The position numbers and the translations under genes were made by a program. The notes under the pieces are model-generated. The model searched no databases. It saw nothing but the letters and a program-made list of their open reading frames with translations, and was not told where the DNA came from. Source: an uncultured Arcobacteraceae bacterium (GTDB lineage Bacteria > Campylobacterota > Campylobacteria > Campylobacterales > Arcobacteraceae). From it: DNA of 64,000 nucleotides. Positions 50,517-59,882 of this stretch are shown here, one piece after another (the stretch's first letter is position 1; every line of letters starts with the position of its first letter). Location of the stretch: contig CAXHZO010000010.1 in the NCBI GenBank assembly GCA_964022095.1, positions 1 through 64,000 of the forward strand, read 5' to 3'.

Positions 50517-52701
50517 TAAATCATTTAAACCAAAAGCTCACATCTTAAGACTATTAGGAAATGAGCTTATTAAAAATCCAACAATGGCAATTTATGAACT
50601 AATTAAAAACAGTTATGATGCTGACTCAACATATGTTAATGTAACTTTTGAATCAATAGATGATATTTCACAGGCACTAATTAGTGTAGAAGATAATGGA
50701 ACAGGATTAACAACAGAAATTATAGAAACAATTTGGCTTGAACCAGGAACAGACCATAGAAAACCAATTGATAAAAATGGAAATAGAATTATCAAGAGAA
50801 GTCCTATATTTAGAAGGGTTCCTATGGGAGAAAAAGGAGTTGGTAGATTTGCTGTTCATAAGTTAGGTGATAATATTGAATTAATTACTCGACCAAAGAA
50901 TGTGATACTTGATAAAAATCACAAAGTAATTAAAGAAGAACTTCTTGATTATGAAATAACATTAAAGATTGACTGGAATATATTTTCACAAAAACAATAT
51001 TTAGACGATATTCTTATTAGTTGGAATGAAGAGAAAGATCCATCAAAGTTTTATTTTAAAAATTCTTCTGGAACTAAAATTAAAATTACAGGACTCAAAG
51101 AACCATGGTCAAAAAGAATGGCTAAAGACTTAAAAAGAAATACTCTTGCAATGCTATCTCCAAAAAATAATCCAGATACTTTTAAAATAAATCTAGATTT
51201 TAAAAATAACTGGCTGGAAAACTTTAAAGATGTAAATGAAATATTAGAAATTGCTCCTTATAAATTTAATGCTTTATTGGATGAAAACTATAATCTTACA
51301 GTTAATTATGAATTTAACTTAGCCCTAGAAAATGAATTTGGGAAAAGAGAAATCCAAGAAGACACCTATAATATTCAAGGACTTCTACTTCCTGAAATAA
51401 GAGCAGAACTAAAAGATGAAGATTTTACAGAAGAGGAAATTGAAAAGAAGATGGAACAATTTCTGACTACTAAAAATCCATTTGGTAGTTTGTTCTTAGA
51501 AATTTACTCTTATGACTTAGATTCTGATACTTTAAAAAAATATACAGAGGAAGCGCAAACCTTAAAAGCTATACTTAAAAATCATTCTGGAATAAAAGTT
51601 TTTAAAAATGAAATGAGGGTTTATGATTATGGTGAGCCAGGAAATGATTGGCTAAAACTTGATATAAGAAGAATTCAAAATAAAGATTGGTTTTCAAATA
51701 ATCAAAATATTGGATATATTCATCTTGATGCCGAACAATCTACATCACTTATTGAAAAAACAAGTAGAGAAGGATTTATTGATAATAATGATTTTAAAAT
51801 ATTTTATAAGTGTGTAATTCAAATTTTAACTGACTTTAAAGCGGAAAGATTAAAAGACAGAAATAAATGGTTAACATACCTTAAAAGTGATTCCAATCCA
51901 AGTCCTGTAGATAATCAATACAATTTATTTACTAGTTTGATTGATAATACAGATTTCTCAGAAGAAGAACAAAAAAAGAAGTTAAAAAAAGAAGCAGAAA
52001 AACTACAGCAAGACTATGAAGAGAAAAAAGAAACAATGTTAATTCCTGCAGGAGTGGGAATGACAGCTTCAGTTGCACTACATGAAATTGAGAAAGTTGT
52101 TCCTCAAATGGAAAAAGTTGTTCAAGACGAACCTTTTAAAAAAGATTTAGCCATAGAAAAAGTTGAGGAATTGAAAGACTATTTAGAAGGTATTTTATCT
52201 GTTTTAAGAAAAGGTGGGAATAAACCTATAAAAGTAAAAGAGGTACTTGAAAAAGCCATATCTAATTATAAATTCAAACTAAGTAATCGTAAAATCATTA
52301 TTGAATCAATTTATGATAATAATATTGAGACAATAAAATGTGATAAAAGATATTTTATCACAATGATAATGAATATGATTGATAATAGTATATATTGGCT
52401 TGATACAACATATAATAATGAAAAATATATTTTGATAAAAACGATAAAAGAAGAAGATAATACGGTTTCTATTATTATTGCAGATAATGGTCCTGGTTTC
52501 AAAGATGAAATTAAAGATATAGTAAGACCTTTCTTTTCTAGGAAAGAAGATGGTATAGGAATTGGCTTATATTTAGTGGACACAATAATGATGAAATATG
52601 GGAAACTTGAAATTATAAATATAAAAGAAAATAATAAATATAGTATATCTAGTAAATATACAGGGGCAGTATTAAAACTTTCATTTAAAAGGAATCAATA
52701 A
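50509..52701 (+). CDS. MORC-like GHKL ATPase fused to a histidine kinase module
   Basis: N-terminal ELIKNSYDA, DNGTG, GEKGVGRFA, GTKIKI and S5-like EKTSREG; C-terminal H-box VALHEIEK, NMIDNS, DNGPG, PFFSRK, GIGIGL. Confidence 0.88.
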   Translation: MHNKSFKPKAHILRLLGNELIKNPTMAIYELIKNSYDADSTYVNVTFESIDDISQALISVEDNGTGLTTEIIETIWLEPGTDHRKPIDKNGNRIIKRSPIFRRVPMGEKGVGRFAVHKLGDNIELITRPKNVILDKNHKVIKEELLDYEITLKIDWNIFSQKQYLDDILISWNEEKDPSKFYFKNSSGTKIKITGLKEPWSKRMAKDLKRNTLAMLSPKNNPDTFKINLDFKNNWLENFKDVNEILEIAPYKFNALLDENYNLTVNYEFNLALENEFGKREIQEDTYNIQGLLLPEIRAELKDEDFTEEEIEKKMEQFLTTKNPFGSLFLEIYSYDLDSDTLKKYTEEAQTLKAILKNHSGIKVFKNEMRVYDYGEPGNDWLKLDIRRIQNKDWFSNNQNIGYIHLDAEQSTSLIEKTSREGFIDNNDFKIFYKCVIQILTDFKAERLKDRNKWLTYLKSDSNPSPVDNQYNLFTSLIDNTDFSEEEQKKKLKKEAEKLQQDYEEKKETMLIPAGVGMTASVALHEIEKVVPQMEKVVQDEPFKKDLAIEKVEELKDYLEGILSVLRKGGNKPIKVKEVLEKAISNYKFKLSNRKIIIESIYDNNIETIKCDKRYFITMIMNMIDNSIYWLDTTYNNEKYILIKTIKEEDNTVSIIIADNGPGFKDEIKDIVRPFFSRKEDGIGIGLYLVDTIMMKYGKLEIINIKENNKYSISSKYTGAVLKLSFKRNQ

Positions 52702-52702
52702 A

Positions 52703-53992
52703 ATGCTTACAGTTGAACCTAATATAATTATAGTTGATGATAAGTTTGATGAAATTAAAGGTATTCTTCAAGAATATCAAAATAGTGGTAGTGGTGTAAA
52801 GTATTATAATGCCCATTTGACAGATGGTGACTCTATTCCAGATAAATATTATTCTGATATAGTATTGATCTTTTTAGATGTACATTTTACTGAAAATACA
52901 GATGACTATGATCCTGAACTATGTAGCGGATGGATTCAGGGATTAATACCTGAAAATTCTTTTTATATACTAATTTTATGGTCAAAAGAAACAGATAAAG
53001 AAGAAGAGATATTAACTCAATTGAAAAATATTAATAGAACCCCTTTCATGTGTATTGCTGAACAAAAAACTAATTACATAACAGCAACGGGATATGATTT
53101 TACTAGGTTGTATAACGATGTTGAAAATAAACTAAATCAAAATAATGAACTAAAAGAACTTGCTATTTGGAAAAAAAGTATTAAAGAATCTTCTAATCAA
53201 ATCATTGGCCATTTATCTAAAGGGCTAGAAGAACCTAACCTATTAATAAAAAAACTTCAAAAAATTATTATTGCACATGGAGGGAAAGGATTTATTTCAG
53301 ATAATAAACATGAAGAAAAAAGAGAAATACTTTTTGAAGCCTTAGATAATATTCTTATTTCTAACTCCAAAGAATCTAGACCAAATATAGCAATATCTCA
53401 AAATAACAAAGACAATTTATATAAAATAGGAGAAAATATAACTGTTGATATAGATTCAAAATTAAATAGTTGGTTTCATTTTAAATTAGACAAAAATCTT
53501 CAAACCACTAAATTACAAATAGGACTAATTTCTATATTTAACAATGAATTTCTAAAAAACACCTATAGCTTAGTAGATGACCCTATTGCCAGTGATTATT
53601 TAAAACATCAAGTTTCAGCAGGTAAAGAGTTGATTGATATTGCCTTATTAATATCAAGACCTTGTGATATTGCACAAACAAAATATGGCAAAAATTTAAA
53701 ATTAATAAGTGGAGTTATAATTAAAAATCCAGTTAGAAAAGAAAATACAAAAAAAGAAATAAAAACTGGACAAAAAGTTGATTCAATAAAGTTGTATGAT
53801 CACTTATACTTTTCAGAAGAAGAGAAAGATATTTCTTTAATATTTGATTTTAGATATGTCTTCTCTATACCAGAAAAAATCTTTCAAGATAAATTTAAAG
53901 CAATAAAAGTATTTAATAAAGAATTACTTTCTGAAATGCAGGTTGAATATAGTGCATATTCAAGTAGATTAGGTATCACACAAGTTATATAA
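52703..53992 (+). CDS. Receiver-domain protein with uncharacterised C-terminal domain
   Basis: IIIVDD, IFLDV, ILWS receiver pattern; C-terminal SRPCDIAQ.K motif; starts 1 nt after the kinase stop. Confidence 0.75.
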   Translation: MLTVEPNIIIVDDKFDEIKGILQEYQNSGSGVKYYNAHLTDGDSIPDKYYSDIVLIFLDVHFTENTDDYDPELCSGWIQGLIPENSFYILILWSKETDKEEEILTQLKNINRTPFMCIAEQKTNYITATGYDFTRLYNDVENKLNQNNELKELAIWKKSIKESSNQIIGHLSKGLEEPNLLIKKLQKIIIAHGGKGFISDNKHEEKREILFEALDNILISNSKESRPNIAISQNNKDNLYKIGENITVDIDSKLNSWFHFKLDKNLQTTKLQIGLISIFNNEFLKNTYSLVDDPIASDYLKHQVSAGKELIDIALLISRPCDIAQTKYGKNLKLISGVIIKNPVRKENTKKEIKTGQKVDSIKLYDHLYFSEEEKDISLIFDFRYVFSIPEKIFQDKFKAIKVFNKELLSEMQVEYSAYSSRLGITQVI

Positions 53993-54004
53993 AAGTAGGA
54001 AGAA

Positions 54005-56023
54005 TTAGTCTTCCTCTTTATTAAGTAAATTCATTATTTTTTTTAACTTTTCATCATCTGCATAAAAATATTCCTCTAGAAGAGGTTTAAGTTTATAATT
54101 TCTAATAAATTCTAAATCAATGTCTTCTCCCATAAAATAACTATGACCTAATTTATAATCTTCCCCTATGTTATCTTCAATAAATTCATTTAGTTCTATC
54201 ATAAGTTCTCTAGCTTCATTATCTTCTACTAAACTATATTTGGGTTTCATTTTTATAAAAGTAAACCGTCTTCTTAAAGCTATATCTATTGTTGCAATTG
54301 ATTTATCTGTACTATTCATAGTTGATATAATATAAAGGTTTGATGGGATATAAAAGTCTTCTTTAGAATATGGCAGGGTTACACTGTACTTATCTCTTTT
54401 ATCTTCTTCAATAAGAGTAATAAGCTCACCAAAAACCTTAGATATATTTCCTCTATTTATTTCATCAATAACAATATAGTAGTTTTGTTTTTCACTTTTT
54501 TCAACTTTTATATTTTTATCATTTTTTTTCGATTTAAACTCTTTAAAAAGTTGATATAGCTTAAAATAATAGGTTGCATGTTGTTTAGATAAACTACTGA
54601 TTTTTTCTAAATGTTTAATTTGTTTTCTCTCTTGAATATCATTTTTGTAGAATTCAAAAATATCATTAAATTTCATTCTTAAGCCACGTTCATGTTCACT
54701 CCAATTATCACCTTTATATCTAAAGGCATCTTCTTCAATTTCATAAATATATACAGCATCCGTAAGTGTTAACTTTGAATCTTCTACTATTTTATTTGAT
54801 ACATATTCACAAAACTCTTCAAATATATTAATTGTCCTTTTTTCTTCTTGAATAACTAATTCATCTTTTAAGCTATTTTCTAAGTTAATTCTAGCTTTTT
54901 CAGCAATAATTTTAAAAATACCATCTTTTCTAACAATTCTATCTTCATCTTCACTTGGTCGGTACCCTTCTATAAAATCTTCATATGAATAACTTTGGTG
55001 GAAAGTTACAAACTCAATTCTATCTTCCTTTTTTATTTGATTAAAAAGATCATGATTAATTTCAATGTCATTTTCATCTTCTACTGCTTTTAAAATTTCT
55101 TTTATATTTTTATCACCACTTTCAATCATAGTGATAAGATTTTTATAGTTATATGTTTTACCTACACCCGGTGCGCCATAAAGCATCAGGTTTTTAATCT
55201 TTATTTCATGTGAGTTTGATGTGTTCTTTACTCTTGTTAGATCTAATGATTGAAGAAAGCTTATATATTTCTTTATTGCAGCACTTGGTGCTCTATTTTG
55301 CGTCTTCAAATTAAAGTCTTTTAAATCTCCATTGAAACATCTATCATAGAGATTGTTCAATTTTTCTATATTCTGTATTTTAAACACGGTATCAGGAAAT
55401 GTATTCTCTATACTCTCCATAGTTTCAGGGATATCTCTTTTTAGCATATTGGGATAAGTACTTAATGTTGCTTGACTATGACCCATTTTAACTAAGTATT
55501 CTCTAAATTTTGATTCTAATTCTTGATGATCCATTTCTTGAATTTCCTTTTTCTCTAATTTACTTGTATAGGTAGGCATAACCTTTAAAAAATCTATCAT
55601 AGTATCAATTTGCCAGTTTATATATTCATCCCATTTTGTTTCATCTTCTAAATCAACTTCTTTTTTAGCAAAGATTCTACAGACTGTCCCTTTTGCAGAC
55701 TCACCTTTTCCTTGCCAAACAATATTTTTTGTTGTTAATTCATTTTCTATTGATTCTTGATGTATTTTTAATTGATTAAAATAGCTTTCATAATAATTTT
55801 TTTCATTGATGTAAACTTCTACGATTAAACCATTAAAGTCATTTCCATAAGTAGTACTTCTATCACTTGAAATTACAAAGTTGTATCTTACTTGTTCATA
55901 TTGAAAAGATTGAGCGTGATATTTACCTTCTCTATATTCAAATTCCTTTTTTTTTGGGAAGTTACTTTTTTGCTTTTTTTGTTTTTCTAGTAGTTTTTTA
56001 AAATATTTACTATAGTCCATCAA
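54005..56023 (-). CDS. mcrB: McrB-like AAA+ GTPase with DUF4268-like N-terminal domain
   Basis: GAPGVGKT, TFHQSYSYEDFIEG, IDEINRGN, MNSTD, ALRRRF, LGHSYF. Confidence 0.9.
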   Translation of the reverse strand: MMDYSKYFKKLLEKQKKQKSNFPKKKEFEYREGKYHAQSFQYEQVRYNFVISSDRSTTYGNDFNGLIVEVYINEKNYYESYFNQLKIHQESIENELTTKNIVWQGKGESAKGTVCRIFAKKEVDLEDETKWDEYINWQIDTMIDFLKVMPTYTSKLEKKEIQEMDHQELESKFREYLVKMGHSQATLSTYPNMLKRDIPETMESIENTFPDTVFKIQNIEKLNNLYDRCFNGDLKDFNLKTQNRAPSAAIKKYISFLQSLDLTRVKNTSNSHEIKIKNLMLYGAPGVGKTYNYKNLITMIESGDKNIKEILKAVEDENDIEINHDLFNQIKKEDRIEFVTFHQSYSYEDFIEGYRPSEDEDRIVRKDGIFKIIAEKARINLENSLKDELVIQEEKRTINIFEEFCEYVSNKIVEDSKLTLTDAVYIYEIEEDAFRYKGDNWSEHERGLRMKFNDIFEFYKNDIQERKQIKHLEKISSLSKQHATYYFKLYQLFKEFKSKKNDKNIKVEKSEKQNYYIVIDEINRGNISKVFGELITLIEEDKRDKYSVTLPYSKEDFYIPSNLYIISTMNSTDKSIATIDIALRRRFTFIKMKPKYSLVEDNEARELMIELNEFIEDNIGEDYKLGHSYFMGEDIDLEFIRNYKLKPLLEEYFYADDEKLKKIMNLLNKEED

Positions 56024-57176
56024 CTATTTCCTTTACTTCATTGGTAATTTTTTTTATGTAATTAGAGTATGTATTTATTTCCATATTTAAGTCTATACTT
56101 CTAATTTCTAATTCAATTTTTCTCTCATTCCTACCTAATACAAAAGAATCTTTAATTTCATCATTGTGCATAGGATATAAAAGCATTGTTTTATCTATCT
56201 CTTTTGAATAATTATTTCCATAAACATACATTTGGTACTTATCATTTCTACTTATACCATCCTTATTGTTCATAATTTTATATTTACAATCTATAATTAA
56301 TCTCTGGTTCCTAAGAATAATGTCTGGCCTTAATGATAATATTCCAAAGTTTTCATTTTCTTTGGGAATACTTACGTTTTCATATGTGTTCTGCACAATT
56401 TTACCAATAAACTTTTCATATAATATATTCATGTCAAATAGAAATGCAAAAGACTTTTTGTCTTTTTGGAATAAAGGTATAAATTGATTTAACAATAAAA
56501 GTGCAAATTCAAAATGAGATTTGAATCTAATATTTAATCTATTGAAATTTATAGTTAAGTTTCTTATATCAAGATGATTATGTTCAACTTCATCAAAAAT
56601 TAATTCGCATTGCTTTAGTACCTTTTTATTCTTGACACCGATTATTAAAGATTTTATAGCAAATAAAAAGAATTGGTTTAATAAATTGTTCATACTAAAC
56701 TCATCATATTCACAATAAATTTTACTTCTTGTAAAGTTATACTTTAAATTTTCATTTATTAAATATTTTCCCTTTAAAGTATGAAGATTATCTTCTTCGA
56801 TTCTATACTCTTTGTAAGTACCTTTTTTTAATTCTTTTAAAAGATTTTTTGCAAATAACTGAATAAATACTTCTATTACATTATGCTTATGGTTTTTACA
56901 AGATGCAAGTTCTTCATTTTCTAACTTCATATCATATGTATAAATTAGCATATACATAAAAATATCTAAGTTTTCATCTTTATCTTTTGATATTTTGGGA
57001 AGGATAAAATAGTCTGTATTTTTAAAGTTAAGCATTCCACAATATTGCTTTGTTTTTAATATGCCCCATTCATATTTAAAGTATTTATGCAATATTTTAT
57101 TGTTAAGTATATGTTCTCCAAGTTCTTGTAGACAATCATTATTTAAATCTATTTTTTCATGTTCAGATAAATACAT
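56010..57176 (-). CDS. mcrC: McrC-like PD-(D/E)XK nuclease
   Basis: FLFDMN.LYE.F, LRPDI, IIDCKYK, D.YQMY.Y, LLYP; overlaps mcrB by 14 nt. Confidence 0.9.
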   Translation of the reverse strand: MYLSEHEKIDLNNDCLQELGEHILNNKILHKYFKYEWGILKTKQYCGMLNFKNTDYFILPKISKDKDENLDIFMYMLIYTYDMKLENEELASCKNHKHNVIEVFIQLFAKNLLKELKKGTYKEYRIEEDNLHTLKGKYLINENLKYNFTRSKIYCEYDEFSMNNLLNQFFLFAIKSLIIGVKNKKVLKQCELIFDEVEHNHLDIRNLTINFNRLNIRFKSHFEFALLLLNQFIPLFQKDKKSFAFLFDMNILYEKFIGKIVQNTYENVSIPKENENFGILSLRPDIILRNQRLIIDCKYKIMNNKDGISRNDKYQMYVYGNNYSKEIDKTMLLYPMHNDEIKDSFVLGRNERKIELEIRSIDLNMEINTYSNYIKKITNEVKEIVDGL

Positions 57177-57251
57177 ATTAAGATTATATCTTCTTATATC
57201 TTACTATCTAGAAAGTTGTTGAGCAATGTAGTTGCGAATAAATTCAAGATA

Positions 57252-57301
57252 GTAAAAACAGTCAATTAATTTATTAATGACAGTCTTTTACACATCTTGC
57301 C
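57252..57301 (+). other. MOBP-type origin of transfer; predicted nic between 57299 and 57300
   Basis: Imperfect 19-nt inverted repeat (57252-57270 / 57273-57291) followed by ACATCTTG^CC, the RP4/R64 oriT layout; upstream of a traK-like gene. Confidence 0.72.
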
Positions 57302-57467
57302 TTTTTCTCTTATTGTAATTTATTAGATTTTAATGCATTCTTCTCAAAAAAGTACTATTTAAGTTATATAAAAGCAAGTTGACATAAAATCTAACTAACT
57401 CTAATTAAATGATATATATTGTGATATAATTATTTTCTATATATAGAAAAATATTTAAGGCACTTTA

Positions 57468-57830
57468 ATGAATAAAATAAAAAGAGGGACTGGAAAAATT
57501 GAGTTTTTTACAAATCTTGATTATATAGAAAAGAAATATTATGCTGGATATGTAGTAGCAAAAGAACTTTATAATTTAACAAAAAAAGAAAAAAATATCA
57601 CTATGTCATATAAGCAATTTAGTATATATTTTAAAAAATATATCTTTAGTCAAGATAAAAGATTCACTAATTTAGAGCTTGAAAAAAATGAGCCTAATTT
57701 AACAAATAAGCTTGAAGAACAAAAAATAATAGATAAAACTCCAAAAATAAAAAAAATTATTGCTGGAGATAAAAAACACAAGCGTTACAATCCACATACT
57801 AGAGAAATTAATCCAGAAGACATTTTATAA
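57468..57830 (+). CDS. TraK-like oriT-binding protein
   Basis: EF....D.IE....AGY....LY.......I.MSY..F..YF pattern resembles IncP TraK; adjacent to oriT. Confidence 0.6.
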   Translation: MNKIKRGTGKIEFFTNLDYIEKKYYAGYVVAKELYNLTKKEKNITMSYKQFSIYFKKYIFSQDKRFTNLELEKNEPNLTNKLEEQKIIDKTPKIKKIIAGDKKHKRYNPHTREINPEDIL

Positions 57831-57834
57831 CTTA

Positions 57835-57977
57835 TATTTCACATATATGCTAAATATGATATATTTTTTTAAATATTCATAATAGAAATAACACTATTTA
57901 GTATATAAGCTAAAACTAAAGCAAATATTTATTTTAGAAGCTATATAATTGATCATATTTAACTTATATACTAAATA
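57835..57977. promoter_or_regulatory. Three 22-bp palindromic operators in front of the hipB-like gene
   Basis: Copies at 57835, 57895 and 57956 approximating TATTTAGCATATATGCTAAATA; TATAAT at 57944-57949. Confidence 0.72.
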
Positions 57978-58000
57978 AGAACATATATTAAGGTATTAAA

Positions 58001-58213
58001 ATGGCATCAACCTACTCTAAAATAGGAAAAATCATAAGAATAAGAAGAAAAGATTTAAATCTTGAACTAAAAGATTTACAAGATTATTCAGGTGTAAATT
58101 ATGTTTCAATTTCAGATATTGAAAATGGAAAAGCAAACCCTACAATTAAAACACTAGAAAAACTTTTAGATGTATTAGGAATGGAATTAGATATCAAAGT
58201 GAAAATTAAATAA
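58001..58213 (+). CDS. XRE HTH regulator (HipB-like)
   Basis: IR.RRK.L.L...DL...SGV....IS.IENGKANPTIKTL. Confidence 0.9.
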   Translation: MASTYSKIGKIIRIRRKDLNLELKDLQDYSGVNYVSISDIENGKANPTIKTLEKLLDVLGMELDIKVKIK

Positions 58214-58539
58214 TGCAAAGAGCAAAAGTTTTTAGAAACAGTATCTTTGCTGGGTTACTTACAAAATTTGATGAAAATAGTTATAGTTTTGTTTATGATA
58301 AAGAGTATTTAAATAAAGATATTGCGAAAGCTATTAGTCTAACATTCCCTTTACAAGAAGAAGAATTTACATCAAAAAGCTTATTTTCTTTTTTTTATAA
58401 TCTATTAGCAGAAGGAAAATTAAAAGATATACAATGTAAAGAGCTTAGAATTGATAAAAATGATGATTTTTCAAGGTTATTATTAACAACCAAAGAGAAC
58501 ACAATAGGTTCAATTACAATAGAAAAAGATGAGATATAA
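58213..58539 (+). CDS. HipA N-terminal domain protein (HipS-like antitoxin)
   Basis: AG.L...YSF.Y...ISLTFPL...FF.NLL.EG couple_hipA pattern; TAATG coupling. Confidence 0.88.
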   Translation: MQRAKVFRNSIFAGLLTKFDENSYSFVYDKEYLNKDIAKAISLTFPLQEEEFTSKSLFSFFYNLLAEGKLKDIQCKELRIDKNDDFSRLLLTTKENTIGSITIEKDEI

Positions 58540-58541
58540 AA

Positions 58542-59540
58542 ATGGAAGATAAGATATGTTTAGGCTGTTTAGCAGAAAATAAAAAACTAAGAAATAACTA
58601 TTGTTCAAAGTGTATTAAAGAACTATTTAATGGTAAGGTACCAAATCCTTTAAATTTTGATAGAGTTGAATTTACTAAAAAAAGAGCAGAATTATCACCT
58701 AGAATGTCAATCTCTGGAGTACAAGATAAAATCTCTTTAACTTTTGAAAAGAAAGATTTAATACCAACTGCAAGTAATGGAAAATATATATTAAAACCTA
58801 TTACAAATGGAGATGGGTATATTCAAAATGAAAAAGATATTGTGGCAAATGAACATTTATCAATGATTATCTCAAAGAATATATTTAAAATTCCTACAGC
58901 TTCGTGTGGTTTGATTATGTTTAGTGATGGAGAGTTAGCTTATATAACAAAGAGATTTGATTATGATGAAGAAACAAGCTTGAAACATGATCAAGAAGAT
59001 TTTGCTGGAATTATGGGAATAACACCAGTAACTCATGGAGAAAATTATAAATATGATGCTTGTAGTTATTTAGATTGTGCAAAGATGATAAAAAAGTATG
59101 TTGCATCAAGTGTAATATCACAAGAAGACTTTTTTAAAAGAATTATTCTAAATTATCTAATATGTAATGGTGATGCACATATTAAAAACTTTTCTTTGTA
59201 TAGTAAAGCAGATTCTAGAGAATACTTTTTAACACCAAGTTATGATTTATTAAACACAAGATTTCATATAAATGAAAAATATGGAGATATGGCTATAGAT
59301 TTATTAGATGATTATACATCTACTTATGAAGCTTATGGTTACTATACTTATGATGATTTTAAAACCTTTGCTAAGTATATAAATTTACCTGAAATAAGAT
59401 TTAATAAAATTATGAAATTTATTGAGGATTCATATCAAGAAGTAGAAGATTTGATTGAAAAATCTTTTTTAAGCTCTGAAGCAAAAGAGTTTTATAAAGA
59501 ATCTTATAAAGATAGAATGAAAAGATTGAGAGCTAGGTAG
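58542..59540 (+). CDS. HipA-family kinase toxin (HipT-like)
   Basis: MSISGVQDK, NEHL.M, RFD, QEDF, NGDAHIKNFS, LTPSYDL; N-terminal CxxC..CxxC. Confidence 0.92.
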   Translation: MEDKICLGCLAENKKLRNNYCSKCIKELFNGKVPNPLNFDRVEFTKKRAELSPRMSISGVQDKISLTFEKKDLIPTASNGKYILKPITNGDGYIQNEKDIVANEHLSMIISKNIFKIPTASCGLIMFSDGELAYITKRFDYDEETSLKHDQEDFAGIMGITPVTHGENYKYDACSYLDCAKMIKKYVASSVISQEDFFKRIILNYLICNGDAHIKNFSLYSKADSREYFLTPSYDLLNTRFHINEKYGDMAIDLLDDYTSTYEAYGYYTYDDFKTFAKYINLPEIRFNKIMKFIEDSYQEVEDLIEKSFLSSEAKEFYKESYKDRMKRLRAR

Positions 59541-59882
59541 TATATAAAGTTTATATATTTTCTAACTAAATTATTTGGCAAGAAGAGCTATCCCCTACCA
59601 AATTTAAAACTCTAGATAGAGACCTTTTTAAGATACTTTATACTTCTTTTTTATTGATATTTTTCCAGAAAAAGATATACTTTTTTCTGGAAAATATTTT
59701 TAATATTCTCATAGCTAGTAAAAATTCCTAAATATTTTCATTTATTTATACAAATTGTATAAACATTGTTTAATATCTACTTGTTTATTCACTTTCTTTG
59801 ATTAGAAATGTCTTTTTAAATACAAAATATGTCTTTACTAGGAACAGTACTAGCTATCATCTAGAGTTCCTATATATTCAAC

